The notes below the pieces were generated by a model. That model had not been told where the DNA came from. It saw nothing but the letters and a program-made list of their open reading frames with translations, and made no database searches. This document shows, piece by piece, positions 36,205 to 50,992 of a stretch of 64,000 nt of DNA. The translations under genes were made by a program, and so were the position numbers. How positions within the stretch are numbered: the stretch's first letter is position 1; the number at the start of each line of letters is the position of its first letter. Origin of the DNA: Octopus bimaculoides (Eukaryota); contig NC_068990.1 in assembly GCF_001194135.2 (NCBI RefSeq), positions 68,042,494 to 68,106,493 of the forward strand, given 5' to 3'.

Positions 36205-39191
36205 CACCAATCTTCTTTCAGTTTCCATCTACCAAATTCACAAAGATTTGGTTGGCTTGAGGCTATAGTAAAAGACACTTGTCAGAGGTGGCACACAGTG
36301 GAACTGAACCCAAAACCATGTGGCTGGGAAGAAAGCTTCTTTCCACATGTGCCTGTACCTATATATATACATAAATTCTTGGGGTTAAACTGAAAAGAGA
36401 GTAAAGGTTTTCTGAAGCATAAGTAATTACTGACAAAAATATACATAATATATTGGAGGAATATTTACTGTATGAAACTCATAGCAACAGATGATCTTTA
36501 TTTGATAATACCAAACATTTCTCCATGGCCCCTAGTATCTCCTTTGTTGCTAAGGGCTGCTTTGTAGATGTTTAAAGAACATGTTAAATATTAAGGATGT
36601 TAAACAGACAATAATGTCTATAAAAAAATAAAAATGCCTTGAAACAATTGATTCCCATTGTAACTGCATCGCTTTCATGAATAAATTTGTATATTGAATT
36701 AGAATTATTTTATTATATACAGTTGTTTCTTACTGTAAAACTGGAGAAAAATATATTTGCATGTAATTGTGTCTTCATAGATAATTATATATGCATACAT
36801 CTAAACATTGGCATCCTTCAGCATTTTGGAATATCTTTAGAGAATGTATACAAAAGTGGCTGTGTGCATATACATATATGCATATCTAAATCTATCTACA
36901 TATATATATACACACACACACACACACATATATATGTATGTACATATATATATGTGTGTGTGTGTGTGTATCAATATATGTGTGCATATGTATATGTATG
37001 TGTGTGTGCATGCTCATATATATNNNNNNNNNNNNNNNNNNNNNNNNNNNNNNNNNNNNNNNNNNNNNNATATATGCATGCATTCAAACTGGCATATCAC
37101 TCTTATAGCTTTAAAAGAGTTAATTTTCTAAATTATTTTTCATCAACTCAATATACAATTATGTATTCATAGAAGTTGATTTTGTGCAGAATGTTAAACA
37201 CAAACATGTATACATTCACACAGCACAAAGTAGAAATATGCATACTTTTATCACTACGTGTGTGGGTGTATGCTGAGATGTGCACACAAGTGTGTAAACA
37301 GCCGTATATGTGTATGTGTGTATGTGTGCGTGCAGGTGTATGTGAATATGTTTGAATATGCGTAACAAATGTGCAAGATTGTGTAAATATTTATTTCTGC
37401 ATCTCCTCTACCTTTTGTGATTAAACACTGAAAATTCAAGGATATTACATGAAACCATTTCCGCTTGATTCATTTTGAAATGTCAGTGAGATATCAATTT
37501 GCAATAAATTTACAATATGCAGTTGCAAAACTGGCTTTAAGTACTTCTCAACTTCCTGGCCAACATTTTTCTTTCTGTTTTACTATTTGTCATCTGAACA
37601 ACTATAATTATCAAGTAATTGTGGAAATAGTGATAGCAACAGAAATTTGTAGTGATGGTGAAAAGAAACGGTAATGCTATTGATAAGAGATAGAGTGGTG
37701 GTGGATTTCATTAAAACGGCAGCAGTAAATACAATAGTGAATTTTCCAACAATAGCAAATTTTGTAGTGTTGGTGGTTGTAGAATAGGGTATTGAATTAC
37801 TGATTAGATTTTCACGTGTTTCCAGATATGACACTTAATGTAAATTGGACAATAAATTAGGTGTATCTTCCTCATCACTGCCACCATTTTTTTTTTAATA
37901 TCAGTATTTTGATGCAAGTGAAGTCATGTAGCCTAATGGTTAAGCTATTGCACTCACAAGTGAAAGATCTTGGTTTTGATTCCCAGACATGGTAATGAGT
38001 TATATTCTTGAGCAAAACATTTCTTTTGACTCAGTTTACCCAGCTCCAGTTCACTCAACTGTAAGTGAGTGAGCTTGCATCCCATTCAGGAGTGATGTTT
38101 TGATCTTTGTCACTTATACACCAAGGAAATCAAGTAACCAATCCTATGAGTCCTAAGACTTCAGATGCTAATCTACAGGGTTATCTTTTATCTTTTATCT
38201 TTCTCTTTTAGTCATTAGACTACAGCCATGCTGGGATACTGCCTTGAAGAATTTTTTGCCAAATGAATCAACCCCAGTACTTTTTCTTCTTTTAAGCCTA
38301 TTAGTCCCTGTTGCTGAACTGCTAAGTTATGGGGGTGTAAGCACACCACCACTGGTTGTCAAGCAGTAGTGGGGGACAAACAAAGACACAAGCACACACA
38401 CACACACACACACACATACGCACACATGTGCAATGGGCTTCTTTTTGTTTCCATCAACATCCACTCTCTTTAAAGCTAGACACAACCTCCATCTTTTTAA
38501 AGCTAGGCACAACCTCCACCTTCTTAAAAGCTAACTAATGTCCTTATCATAAATTCAACAAACATTAACACATTCCTATCAATGATACTTTCATGTATAT
38601 TATCTTATTTGGATCTGCTATTATAACAACTAAAATATAAAGGTTACATATTTCCACAGCAAAATACAAAATGTCTTCACAAGACCAGTTATGTCTTTTC
38701 TTCAACAATAATCTCTACTGGAATCCTTAAAGACTTGACTTACACTTCAGACTAGTCCTTACCCATTACTATGCTGCCAAGTAACGACCTAGTGAAGATG
38801 AAATAGATCATTCAGCAGAAGTCTATAACAATGGTCATACTGATATGCTCAACAGCAATCTGTCTTTTTTTTCTTTTTTTTCATTTATCTTTTGTGCTCA
38901 CTCTCTCTCACTGTATATCCCTCTCAGCAACAACCAGTCATTATAGTGAAGGTCTTTCTTGAAAGACTGTGTTGTGTTTTTTTTATATGTTGAAAGACAT
39001 AGAAACACACAGAGAAATACACACATGCACAAACAACCAAAAAGATTGCCATATGCATCATAAAAATACATATAGTCAGTTTTCTGAAGTTTGTGTTGTG
39101 TTGAGACCTGCACTCAAAATTCCTGCATTTTTAGTCAAAACTTGTTAGCTACTATGGTGATAATACTACCTATCTATCTATTACACACACA

Positions 39192-39268
<77 letters not shown>

Positions 39269-39689
39269 TCTGTATTTCTCTTTCAACAGCAACTTTTCTC
39301 CTCCTCTTCTAAATATACGTTTTGACAGGAGTTCCTCTTCTTTCCTGCCTCTAACAGATGTTGTGATGGACACACAGTGATCAGCTTCTCTTTTGTAATA
39401 TAAGATTAATGATTGTGGGTTTTTAAATATTTTTTATAATGTATTCAAAAAATATTATTCACCAGGTCCAGCAAATTGCCGGACCTTCTAGCTACATTGT
39501 TTTTGCTCCTATAATCTTTCTTTCTCTCTCTCTTTCTTTGTGTTAGTGTAGACAGATAGACACCAACAAATCATGTGTTACAGCAAAAGAGGCTGATCAC
39601 AATATCAGTGAAATAGAAGACTATTAATATATAATACATGCTAGAAGACTCCAAGTGGACATGATGGGAATGTTCCATGCTTGTAATTA

Positions 39690-40140
39690 TCATCATCATC
39701 CTTATCATTTGATGTTCACTTTCCATGCTGGCATGGGTTAGACGGTTTGACTGAAACTGGTAGGCCAGAGAGCTGCACCAGGTTCCCGTCTGATTTAGCA
39801 TGGTTTCTACAGCTGGATGCCCTTCCTAACGCCAACTACCCTGAGAGTGTAATGGATGCTTTTAACGTGTCACCAGCATGGATGCCATTTACATGATGCC
39901 AATAAAGGTCATGACTATGATTTCATGGTGCCATTTACATGACACTGGCCACAGCCATGACTATGGTTTCACTTGGCTTGACAAGTCTTCTCAAGTACAG
40001 CATTTTGTCATGGTCTCAGTCACTTGAATCACCTCCATGGGGCTCATCATTCAAAGATCATGCTTTACCACCTCGTTCCATGTCTTTTTGGGTCTACTTT
40101 TTCCACAGGTTCCCTCCACAGTTAGAGATTGCCACCTCCC
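39690..40140 (-). mobile_element. RTE LINE 3' end (ORF C-terminus + 3' UTR + tail)
   Basis: Minus strand LTVEGTCGKSRPKKTWNEVVKHDL followed by the family E tail and (GAT)n. Confidence 0.85.
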
Positions 40141-40874
40141 TATTTAAATATATCTCTTAGAGCCATTGATCCTCCTGCTAAAAGCTGTACCAATTTTTGT
40201 TCTGAAGAATTTATCTAATCCTTGTTCTGCAAACACTGTGTCCTAATCCCTAAGCTATGATTCTCAAAATCAAAACCTGATAATTCTTGGAATTCATGGA
40301 ACATCCAGCATTTGATCCATTTCAACTATGCTAAGGCAACACACAATTGAACCATTAATATTCTATGAGAAACAATTCCAAGATCAAAAATGTCGGTGTT
40401 GTATGTCAAACACATAAAGAGACAAAAGAAACGGTTTTTAAAACTGAATGAAATAAATATTTAAATATTTAAAACAAAAATTTCTGAGAGACAGAGAGAG
40501 GAGGAGAGAGAGAGAGAAAAAGAGATGTAAAAGTGAAAATAATTATTTACATCGCAGTTACTTCTATTTTTAATGTCACATCTATGTGTTAAAAAGATAT
40601 TTAGAAAACAGATAAAATGAATACATTTTGGAAATTAATTACTGGAAAAAAATCTTAAAATGTTCAAAGGTTATTGCAGAATTTGTGTAGAATGTGATGA
40701 CATTATGTAAATGTATATAAATTGAAGTGAAAAAGAAAAAGAAATGCCAGATGTACTAAATAGTGTTGGATGGAAGAGATGAACATTTCAGATGTCATGC
40801 AGATAAGGAGAGACAGAGGAAAGATGTGAATATACTCAGAGTAAAAGTATAAATAAATTGCTACATACATATAT

Positions 40875-40912
<38 letters not shown>

Positions 40913-41362
40913 CTAAATACATTTTGTAGGCTACATATTAATATCTTGATATCACATATAAATATCTAAGTATTGAGATATATATAGATATTTATGATAT
41001 ATTTAAATAAATGCTCATACTAATATATATTTGAATAAATTTTCATCTCTGAATCAGACACACACACACACACACGTGTAAATACCAAAGTACAAGTTAT
41101 CTATTCCAAAGAATGTATCATAGTGAATAATAATAATGTTTCAGATTTTGGAGCAAAGCCAGCATTTTTGAAGTGAGTTACATTTATCAATTACATTGAT
41201 ACTCATACTTGATTGGTACCTTATTTTATCGACCAGAAAAGGAAGAAAGGCAGAGTCAACCACAGAGGAATTTGAACTCCAAACATGAAGATCCAGAAGA
41301 ACTGCCAGTTAACATTTTGTCCAACATGCTAACGATTCTACCAGCTCGCTGCCAACATTAAC

Positions 41363-41410
<48 letters not shown>

Positions 41411-43305
41411 GACATTCCATAAATAAGTGGCAGACAGTGCTACAGCTACAAACAAAGGAGGGACTCATAAAAACCAAAGCCATCCCCATTAGAAGAGGAA
41501 TATTCCAGGGAGACATACTCTCTCCACTCCTTTTCTGCTTGGCACTGACACTTTTATCTGACATGCTAAACAGAACTGGATGCAGATTCAACTGTTACGG
41601 CAAAACAATCAGCCACCTCTTATATATGGATGACCTAAAACTGTATGCTACAAATAATAAACAGCTGGAAACATTACTACAGACAGTACATTGATTTACC
41701 AAGGAAATAAATATGAAATTTGGCTTAGGAAAATGGGCCAAAGCAACCTTGAAAAGAGGAAACCTTGTTAAGAGTAGCAACATTACACTAGACAAAGCAA
41801 ATGAAATAAGAGAATTAGACCAAAGCCAGACACACAAATATTTAGGAATCAATGAACTAGGTATGATACAACACACACAAATGAAAGAGAAAAAAAAATA
41901 CAATAGGTTAGTTAGATTAATACTGAAAACAGAGCTCAACGTGAAAAACAAGATAATAGATATTAACACTTTAGCTGTCTCAGTTATAAGTTACAGCTAC
42001 AATATGACAATACAATATGACAATATATGTTACAGCTACAATACAACTGGACTCTAAATGAACTAATCAAAATAGACAGAGAAACAAGAAAAATAATGAC
42101 AGGATTTAGGATGCACCAACCAAAATTTGACACGGAAAGGTTATATATACAACGTATATATGGTAGAGACCTGATACAGCTAGAAAATTATTACAAAATA
42201 ACCACCATAGGACTACAAAAATACCTACTTCAGAAGCAAGGAAAAACTAATAAAAATACCTACAAAACACGAACAAACCAAAAAAAACCGTTTTCAGTCT
42301 TTAAGGAAGCTAACAAATACAAACAAGAAGTCATACAACCTAACAACTATGAAGAAAAAGAAGAAACAACAAAAGCTGAAAAACAAATGAAATCCAAACT
42401 AAAAATAGAACAGCAATGAATCGTGATAAAATGATGGCAAAAAAAGCCCCTTCATGGCAAATATTGGGTTAAACTAAATGCAAAAGAAAGACAATGCAAA
42501 ATCTCAACAATGGTTGAGACACTCAAGACTCAAAGCAGAAATTGAAGGATTTTTAATGCATCACAAGACCAAAGCTTCCCCATCAGAAATTACTAAAAAC
42601 ATATAATGTAAAGAAACATAAGTAACTGCAAAATATATGAAGATGGACAAGAAACATTAAATCATATTGTCTTTGGCTGCCCAGTCCTGGCTAAGAAGGA
42701 ATATATTCATAGACATGACAGAGTTGGGACTTACATAGGCTGGAAGCTATGCCAACACTATGGAATAACAACAGAAAAAATAGATGGTATAGGCACACAT
42801 CAGAAAAGGTAACAGAAAATGAGAAAGCAACAATACTATGGGATATGTCAATACACACAGATAGAGGAATTAAGGCCAATAAGCCAGATATAGTTGTCAG
42901 AGATCATGAAGAAAAAAAACGCTTTCTGATTGACCTATCAATACCAACAGATGACAGTATGTCTCTAAAAGAAATGTTCAAAATACAAACACCTGGAAAT
43001 AGAGTTAACTCGAATGTGGAATCTAAAAACAGAAACAATTCCTATCATAATAGGCGCATTAGGTATGATAAAAAAATATTCAGACAAATACATAACAAAA
43101 AACACCAGGACTAACAAATATATATATATATATATATATAAAACATACAGGAAATAGCACTACTAGACACTGTGCACATCCTACATAAAACACTTTCAAT
43201 ACAGTAACTATAAGGGCATCACAACAAACTACACCACATACTCAAGGCACACAGAGCTGCACTTCGTAGTACAGTGAAAGCACGTAATAAAAATAAAACT
43301 ACTGA
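41411..43305 (+). mobile_element. 5'-truncated R4/Dong-like LINE pseudogene (RT, CCHC knuckle, restriction-like endonuclease) within (TAA)n
   Basis: IRRGIFQGDILSPLLFCLAL and LLYMDDLKL (RT); C..(Y)...ETLNHIVFGCPVLAKKEYIHRHDRV; KPDIVV...LID; IPIIIGALG. (TAA)n at 41363-41410 and after 43305. Many stops and frameshifts. Confidence 0.92.
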
Positions 43306-44789
43306 ATAATAATAATAACAATAATAATCGTATAGGTGCAAACTCAGAACATGAAGATAGACAAAATACTGCTAAGCATTTCAGCTGGCATGCTAACGGT
43401 TCTACTATCCCACTGCCTTACTTTAATAATAATAATAGTGATAATCCTTTCTGCTATAGACACAAGGTAAGGTAGTTGTAAATTTCTCAATAGTTTAGGG
43501 TAGGTGTTTTCTTTCTCACCAATCAACTGATTTCCAGTACTGTAGATAGTTTTTCTTCTCTCTCAAATCTCTATGTATTTTATATATATGTATTTTATTG
43601 AACTCTTTACTGGAATATTTCACCAGTACTCTTTCATACTATGAGTGGTTATGGCCTCTACAACACTGTGGGTACTCATACCTTTTGCTTCAGGGTTATT
43701 CTTCTGAAAGATTTCATTGTACAGTGTCTTGGCTATAACATCATGTTTCATCGTTAGATAATAACACAATGACAAATTTGTATAACTGTTTATGATGTGG
43801 TTGATAGCTTCAGGGTTACCTACACAAAGTCTGCATTACATTTGGTATTNNNNNNNNNNNNNNNNNNNNNNNNNNNNNNNNNNNNNNNNNNNNNNNNNNN
43901 NNNNNNNNNNNNNNNNNNNNNNNNNNNNNNNNNNNNNNNNNNNNNNNNNNNNNNNNNNNNNNNNNNNNNNNNNNNNNNNNNNNNNNNNNNNNNNNNNNNN
44001 NNNNNNNNNNNNNNNNNNNNNNNNNNNNNNNNNNNNNNNNNNNNNNNNNNNNNNNNNNNNNNNNNNNNNNNNNNNNNNNNNNNNNNNNNNNNNNNNNNNN
44101 NNNNNNNNNNNNNNNNNNNNNNNNNNNNNNNNNNNNNNNNNNNNNNNNNNNNNNNNNNNNNNNNNNNNNNNNNNNNNNNNNNNNNNNNNNNNNNNNNNNN
44201 NNNNNNNNNNNNNNNNNNNNNNNNNNNNNNNNNNNNNNNNNNNNNNNNNNNNNNNNNNNNNNNNNNNNNNNNNNNNNNNNNNNNNNNNNNNNNNNNNNNN
44301 NNNNNNNNNNNNNNNNNNNNNNNNNNNNNNNNNNNNNNNNNNNNNNNNNNNNNNNNNNNNNNNNNNNNNNNNNNNNNNNNNNNNNNNNNNNNNNNNNNNN
44401 NNNNNNNNNNNNNNNNNNNNNNNNNNNNNNNNNNNNNNNNNNNNNNNNNNNNNNNNNNNNNNNNNNNNNNNNNNNNNNNNNNNNNNNNNNNNNNNNNNNN
44501 NNNNNGCTTGTACGGGTGGCACATAAAAGACACCATTTCGAGCGTGGCCGTTTTCGTGGGGGTGACACGTAAAAGCACCCACTACACTCTCTGAGTGGTT
44601 GGCGTTAGGAAGGGCATCCAGCTGTAGAAACTCTGCCAAATTAGATTGGAGCCTGGTGTTGCCATCCGGTTTTACCAGTCCTGAGTCAAATCGTCCAACC
44701 CATGCTAGCATGGAAAGCGGACGTCAAACGATGATGATGATGATGATGATGATATACACATATATAAATAAACCATAAAATGTCAGGAG

Positions 44790-45227
44790 ACATGAGAGAT
44801 GATTACATTTATTTAACCACTTGTCATCCTTAAGTTTATAGCGATTTCACAGCCTTCCTCATGTCGAAATAATTTCAGTGTGGAATAAATCATGTTTACA
44901 TGTTTGCATTAATATGCATGCTATGCATTATATATTTGTATATTCACAAACCAATCCAAATAAAGAAAGGTAGATCATCAAGCCACCAGAATATCATGGT
45001 TACATCAACAATACAACTAAGTATTCTTTTATTTGTTTCAGTTATTTGACTGTGGCCATGCTGGAGCACCGCCCGTAGTCGAGCAAATCAACCACAGGAC
45101 GTATTCTTTGTTAGCCTAGTACTTATTCCATTGGTCTCTTTTGCCGAACTGCTAATTACATGGACATAAATACACCAGCATCAGTTGTCAAGTGATGTTG
45201 GGGAAGCAAACACAGATACACAAACAT

Positions 45228-45264
<37 letters not shown>

Positions 45265-45765
45265 AATATATACACTATGGGCTTCTTTCAGTTTCCATCT
45301 ACCAAATCCACTCACAAGGCTTTGGTCGGCCCAAGGCTATAGTAGAAGACACTTGCCCAAGGTGCCATGCAGTGGGACTGAACCCAGAACCATGTGGTTG
45401 GTAAGCAAGCTACTTACCACACAGCCACTCCTGCACCTGCATATATACAAAATTTCCTTAACAAAAAACAACACATCTTTTTATTTTTCTGATCAAACCA
45501 AGCTTATTACTGGCTTCCATACATTATAATATATAAAGACAAAATTTTGTATGTATACTTAGAATTGTGTCTTTGGTGTAACCATGAGGTTCTGGTGATC
45601 TGACAAGATACCTTTATTTACATTGATTTGTGGATATATTGTAGAATGCAAAGATGCAAACATAATTTATTCCACACTAAAATTATTTCTCCATAAAGAA
45701 TGCTGTGAAATGGCTATAATCCGAAGACTGTCAAGTGTTTCAAGAAATATATTCATCTCTTGTAC
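44790..45765. repeat. Diverged ~220-bp inverted repeat (44790-45015 vs 45560-45765) with a SINE B in the spacer
   Basis: AATTTCAGTGTGGAATAAATCATGTTTACAT vs the complement AATTTTAGTGTGGAATAAATTATGTTTGCAT; CACCAGAA..TCATGGTTACA in both arms. Confidence 0.8.
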
Positions 45766-47214
45766 TTATTATGCTTTATCCTCATAAAATAATTTCATTG
45801 ATTGGATTTTCTGGATTTAGCTGCATGGACACTCTGCATTACACTTCTCTGCATTGGGTTACTTTGTTGTCTGATAGCCAAGTCCATTACAGAAGTTTTC
45901 TGTGATAGTCACACAATTCTCTGAATCCATATATTGCACAAAAAAGTTTGTGTGCGTGCATGCATGGTTTTTTTTCCCAACATTTTCTGGTTTTGTATGT
46001 CAATTGTGTCTACTTGTTAATAACTTAGTAGCTTTTGTTGCAGAAACTACCAAGTTCAACAATATTGCCAGAAGGTATCAAAACTGTGATATTCCGTCAA
46101 CAACTGACAATGGATTAAGTGTGTTTGCATTCAGTTTGTGTGTTTATATGTGTAAATGCATATGAGTATACATATCATATATGTGTGTGCATGTGTTTGT
46201 GTGTGTGTGTGTGTGAAAGAGAGTTTATATGACACCAGCCTAGAAGAAATAATCTTTTAAGTCTTGAAATTTACCAATGCAGCAAGTAGACGAAATAAGA
46301 AGCAGACTGAAATAGATACTAGGGTCATAATTTTAAACTAAACCCTTCAAGGTGGTGCCTAAGAATGGTTACAGTCTTGTTACTGAAACCACTGAAAACC
46401 ACTAAAATAACAAAAGGAAGTAGTTTTACATGCATATATGATAACATGAACATCTTCATATATAACAGATATCATTTGTAAGTGCAGTTATATTGATATT
46501 ACTAAATATATGGGTATGAGTATAGTAATGGAATCCTCAAACAAAATATTAATATTTAGTATAAAAGCATACATACAAAATATATATATTCATACACACA
46601 CACTCACATATATACAAGTGTGTGTGGGGGATTTCACTTATGGTGGCATGGTAGAGTCCTAACTGTATTCAATAGTGCAGAGATCACTAATGGCTCTGAT
46701 ATTAAAAGCATAAAGTTATGATATTGAAAATCAGTTAACAGCTAATAGATTAATATTTATATGTGTGAATATTATCCAGAGATTTATGTTAGATTTATCT
46801 AAAATTCACGATATTACTTCCCTTTGTTCTTAGTTTTCTTACATCTTCACTTAATGCGTGAGTGTATGTGCACTTATATATGATCCTATGAAACAGAGTG
46901 GTGGACTTTGTTTAAGTATATAACAATAATTTTATTGGTTTTTGCAATAAATGTGCATACTTCTGTACCTATACTTCTTTTGATAATGCAATCTTCAGGT
47001 ATGATTTCCAAGTACAAGAGCACCACATAAAGATACATACACACATATTGATGGAATATTTCCAGAAGAAACATGGTAAGAGATTGCTATTCAACAAAAA
47101 ATACTCTTAAGCCAGTTTCTTGGTAAGGAGGTCACATCTGAGAAAAAAGCAGATTGGATTAAATTGAGAGTACAATCTAACTTTATTCATTTGTTTTAAT
47201 CTGTATCATCATTC

Positions 47215-47556
47215 TAAGGTTCTCAGTCATTTTCTATTTATGGACCCCTTTGATTACTATTGTATTTTGGTGGATCTCCACACTTATTCTATGTTTAAAA
47301 ACTAGTTTTATAGAAACTTCTTACAAACTTCCTATTTTGTTTTCCACATTAACTTGTGCAAGTTGAACTATGTAAAACATTCAAGAAAGAAATCTAGCTG
47401 TTTCTCTCAATAAAATACATCTAAAGCAAAATCTTTTTTTGTGGCCCCATTAATATATTACCATGGGTCCTCACAATTTACTATTTTTCTTGCATGGTCC
47501 CCAAAAATCTTATATGGACCACAAGGAGTCATATGGATCTCAGTTGAGAAGCACTT
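47215..47556. mobile_element. Possible hAT-like MITE
   Basis: Decayed TIRs ..GGTTCTCA / TTGAGAAGCAC resembling CAGTGGTTCTCAAC-type ends; subterminal GGACCCC-like motifs; TSD not resolved. Confidence 0.45.
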
Positions 47557-49522
47557 AGACACAAATGCATGTTATTGAAGCATTCTTCTGCAGACTCATG
47601 TTCTTCTGGTCGTGAGCACTTACTAGTTCTTCTGCAAGCTAGGAGCTAGTAGACAATTTCCAGTAGACAGAGAATTGTCGACAAAGTTTATTATTTGTTG
47701 CTAAGTGCAGAATAATAATCGTTCAATGAAACTAGTGCACACACACACTTTCATAAGTATGTAGCACAAAAAGATATCACAGTCTTTCCCAAGTCATAGG
47801 CTTATAAAGCTGGTTTCCTGGGGTCCGTGTTGTATATATTTCCCAACTGGATAAGATAAGATTCTGGTCTGTCACAGGATTGCTCACTTTTGCCAACAGA
47901 GTGGACTGCAGTAATATGAAATGAAGTGTTTTTGTCAAGAACACAACACATTGCCCAGTCCTGAAATCAAAACTACTATCATATGATTCATGGGTGTAAC
48001 ACCCCAACCATTAAGCCACACACACACACATGTTAAATTGAGCTGTGCAGCAACATATTGAAACAAAACTGCAAATAGTACATCTTTCTTGAACTGCTCA
48101 TGCTTGATTTGATTTCATTCAAATTCCATCTTCCCATCATGTTCTGCATTTCTTCTTGATGAATGATCCAGAGCAAGATTTTCACATCTATTTTCCAAGA
48201 ATTCATCCTTCTCCAGTGTATTTTTGATACAGGCCTTATACCTTAATTTCAGTTTGTGTGAAGGTCTTTTACTCTGAGATAACTTACCATATGTCAGATC
48301 ACACCTAGTGCAACTTGTAGCATTTAACCCAGTATAACCTGTCGCATGGTTGAGTTGTTGGGGATTAAACCAGTAACCCTACCAAGGAGGGTGGATTTCA
48401 TTGTACACCCTGCAGGATGAGATGCAAAACCTGTAGAGTCAATAGCCATTCAACAGCTGGGAGTCAGAGACCTCCGAGTCGTGTTTAAATGTTTCTCTTG
48501 GAGAAAGAAAACTCTAATGTAACACCTGCAACTTCACATACATACATACATACACACATATACTACATACAGCCATACATACACACATACTGGTACATGT
48601 ACATACACACTCAAATAAACAAACACAAACATATGTACATTATATGCACAATACACACATATACAAAACACATATACATGCATATGTTAAGTAAACATTG
48701 GCTTCCTTAATAAACTAGAAATTTTATTTAATCACTGAAGCTGAAAATTTGTTTCAAGTGTAAAATCAGGTGCAACTCAATAATAAGGTGAATAATCTTT
48801 CCTAATACATCCCTCCAAGGAAGGAACCTACATACAAGAAATTATTGGTTTCTGAAGAAATAGAGAAGTAAAGATATTGTAGTGTTTCAAGACTTTCATA
48901 AGAAATTTCAAAACTTTCATAATAAGTAAAAAGTAAGTTATAATAAAATAATACATAAATTAAAAATAATATGTGAATTCCAACAGTTTTGTTTTTCTTT
49001 ATAATCCCCATAATTTCAAATTCAAATTTGTAATCCTGCCAAATATTATAAAGAAATGACTATCTTTCTTGTAATGGCTGCAACCAGCAGAGGAAGCATT
49101 AGTTGATTACAGAACTTGACTGGTACTTTAATCTGCCAATCTCAAAAGAATGAAGGGCAAAGCTGATCTCAGCAACATTTGAACTCAGAACATAAAGAGC
49201 CAGAAAAAATGCTGCTACGTATCTTAGCCAACATGCTAATGATTCAGCTAGCTCACAACCTTAACGATAATGGTTTCAAATTTTGGCACCAGGCCAACAA
49301 TTCTTGAGGAGGATGCAAGTCAATTACATTGACCCCAGAGCTGAACTGGTACTTATTTTATTGACCCTGAAAGAATGAAAGACCAAGTCAACTCCAGCAG
49401 AATTTGAACTCAGACTGTAAAGTCGAAAGAAATGCCACCAGGCATTTTGTCTGAGGCAGTAACAATTCCACCAGCTACTGCCTTAAACAGCCTAAATAAC
49501 AACAACAATGATAATAATAATA

Positions 49523-49860
49523 ATGAGCTTATTGTATACAGTACTCAGGTGCACTACAATTCACTTGAAAACAGAGACAGAAAGCAGCAATAAATCAAGT
49601 AAAGAAAGACCACAGCAAAAGTCAAAAGTGTGTGCATAGTTCACTGAATAAAACAGAAAAAGACAGAAAGAGTGAAAAGTAAAAGAGTTGTAAAGAGAAA
49701 CGGGAGCCTATGCATATCAGGAGCAGTGATGGTGAATTTCAGGAAGCACAGAATTTTTGAAGGATGCAGTGTCCTGACAGCTAACAGCAGACACTGGTAG
49801 TTTATTTCATGGTTCGGAAATACTGAGCATGATGAACATGTTTCCAAAATTCATGTGTTG
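49523..49860 (-). mobile_element. CR1/L2-type LINE 3' end
   Basis: Minus strand *NKLPVSAVSCQDTASFKNSVLPEIH; same terminus as the 1.1 kb and 31.3 kb copies. Confidence 0.75.
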
Positions 49861-50992
49861 TACTACTTTTTTGTTGCTCGCTAACTGTATTTTCTGTGGT
49901 ATATCACATATATTATGTAAAATTGATTGATAAAGATTTAGCCATTAATAAAGTAAATAATGTAGGTTACAAGTAAAAAGTTCTTGAAGGAATTCTGCGA
50001 TGTAAATTTGATATTCAGCAAAAACAATTTATTTTGATAGAAGTAGTGCAATAACCTATACGTAAAAATGTTAATAACATTAGGAAGATGTTAGTGACAA
50101 AAGATTAGTCAGAGAACAGATTTCATATCTAATAATGCCGAGTGAGAAATAAGTATATTTCAATATGAAGAAAAGAATCTCAATAAGAGGAAAGCTACAA
50201 CTGATTTAATTGCTTTCAGTATTATATGTTAGTGAGACATTTTATCCATACTTGAGGAAGAAACTTGAATTCTGGAACACAAAGTACTTTTACTGGACAA
50301 TGTAATATATATATATATATAGTCTGGCGTAGGCACTTTCAATATAAAACAATGACAACTAAAAAATGTAAAAATAAACTGCAGGTAATTATGGTATTTC
50401 ATATCTCTTTCAAACAAAATGGAAAAGAAGAAATTAATACACGAATGACTAACTGTTCAATGTATTAGTCAGACAACTTGAAAAAAGATTGCAGAATAGA
50501 ATAGAAGAGTAAGATTATATTTGTTGATAATCCTGAAGCAAAATGGTCTTTTTCTTTTTATTTTTCATAGGGAAAATCCTGGAAACTTGAATATTAAAAC
50601 TGTCGAAATATGTTATTTATTTAAATGAATGAGAGGCCTCTGTCAGTCAAGGTTGACTATTCATCTACCCACATATATATGCAGGCGAAGGCACGTGGCT
50701 AAGTGATTAGAGTGTTTCACTCAAAATTGCAAGATCATGGTTTCAAATCTTGGAACAGGTGGTGCATTGAGTTCTTAAGCAAAACACTTCATTTCACACT
50801 GCAATCACTTCAACAACTGACATGTAAGACACCTTGCTCCTGTTCAGGCAACATTGATTTCATAGAGTGAGTGAGCTAATGTAAGGCACAAACACATAAT
50901 CACTATAAGCAAATCATTTGTGCCTGTTGTTCAAGAAATTGCTGAAGCATCTTTTTCAGACTATAAAAGACTACCATCATATCATCTATATA

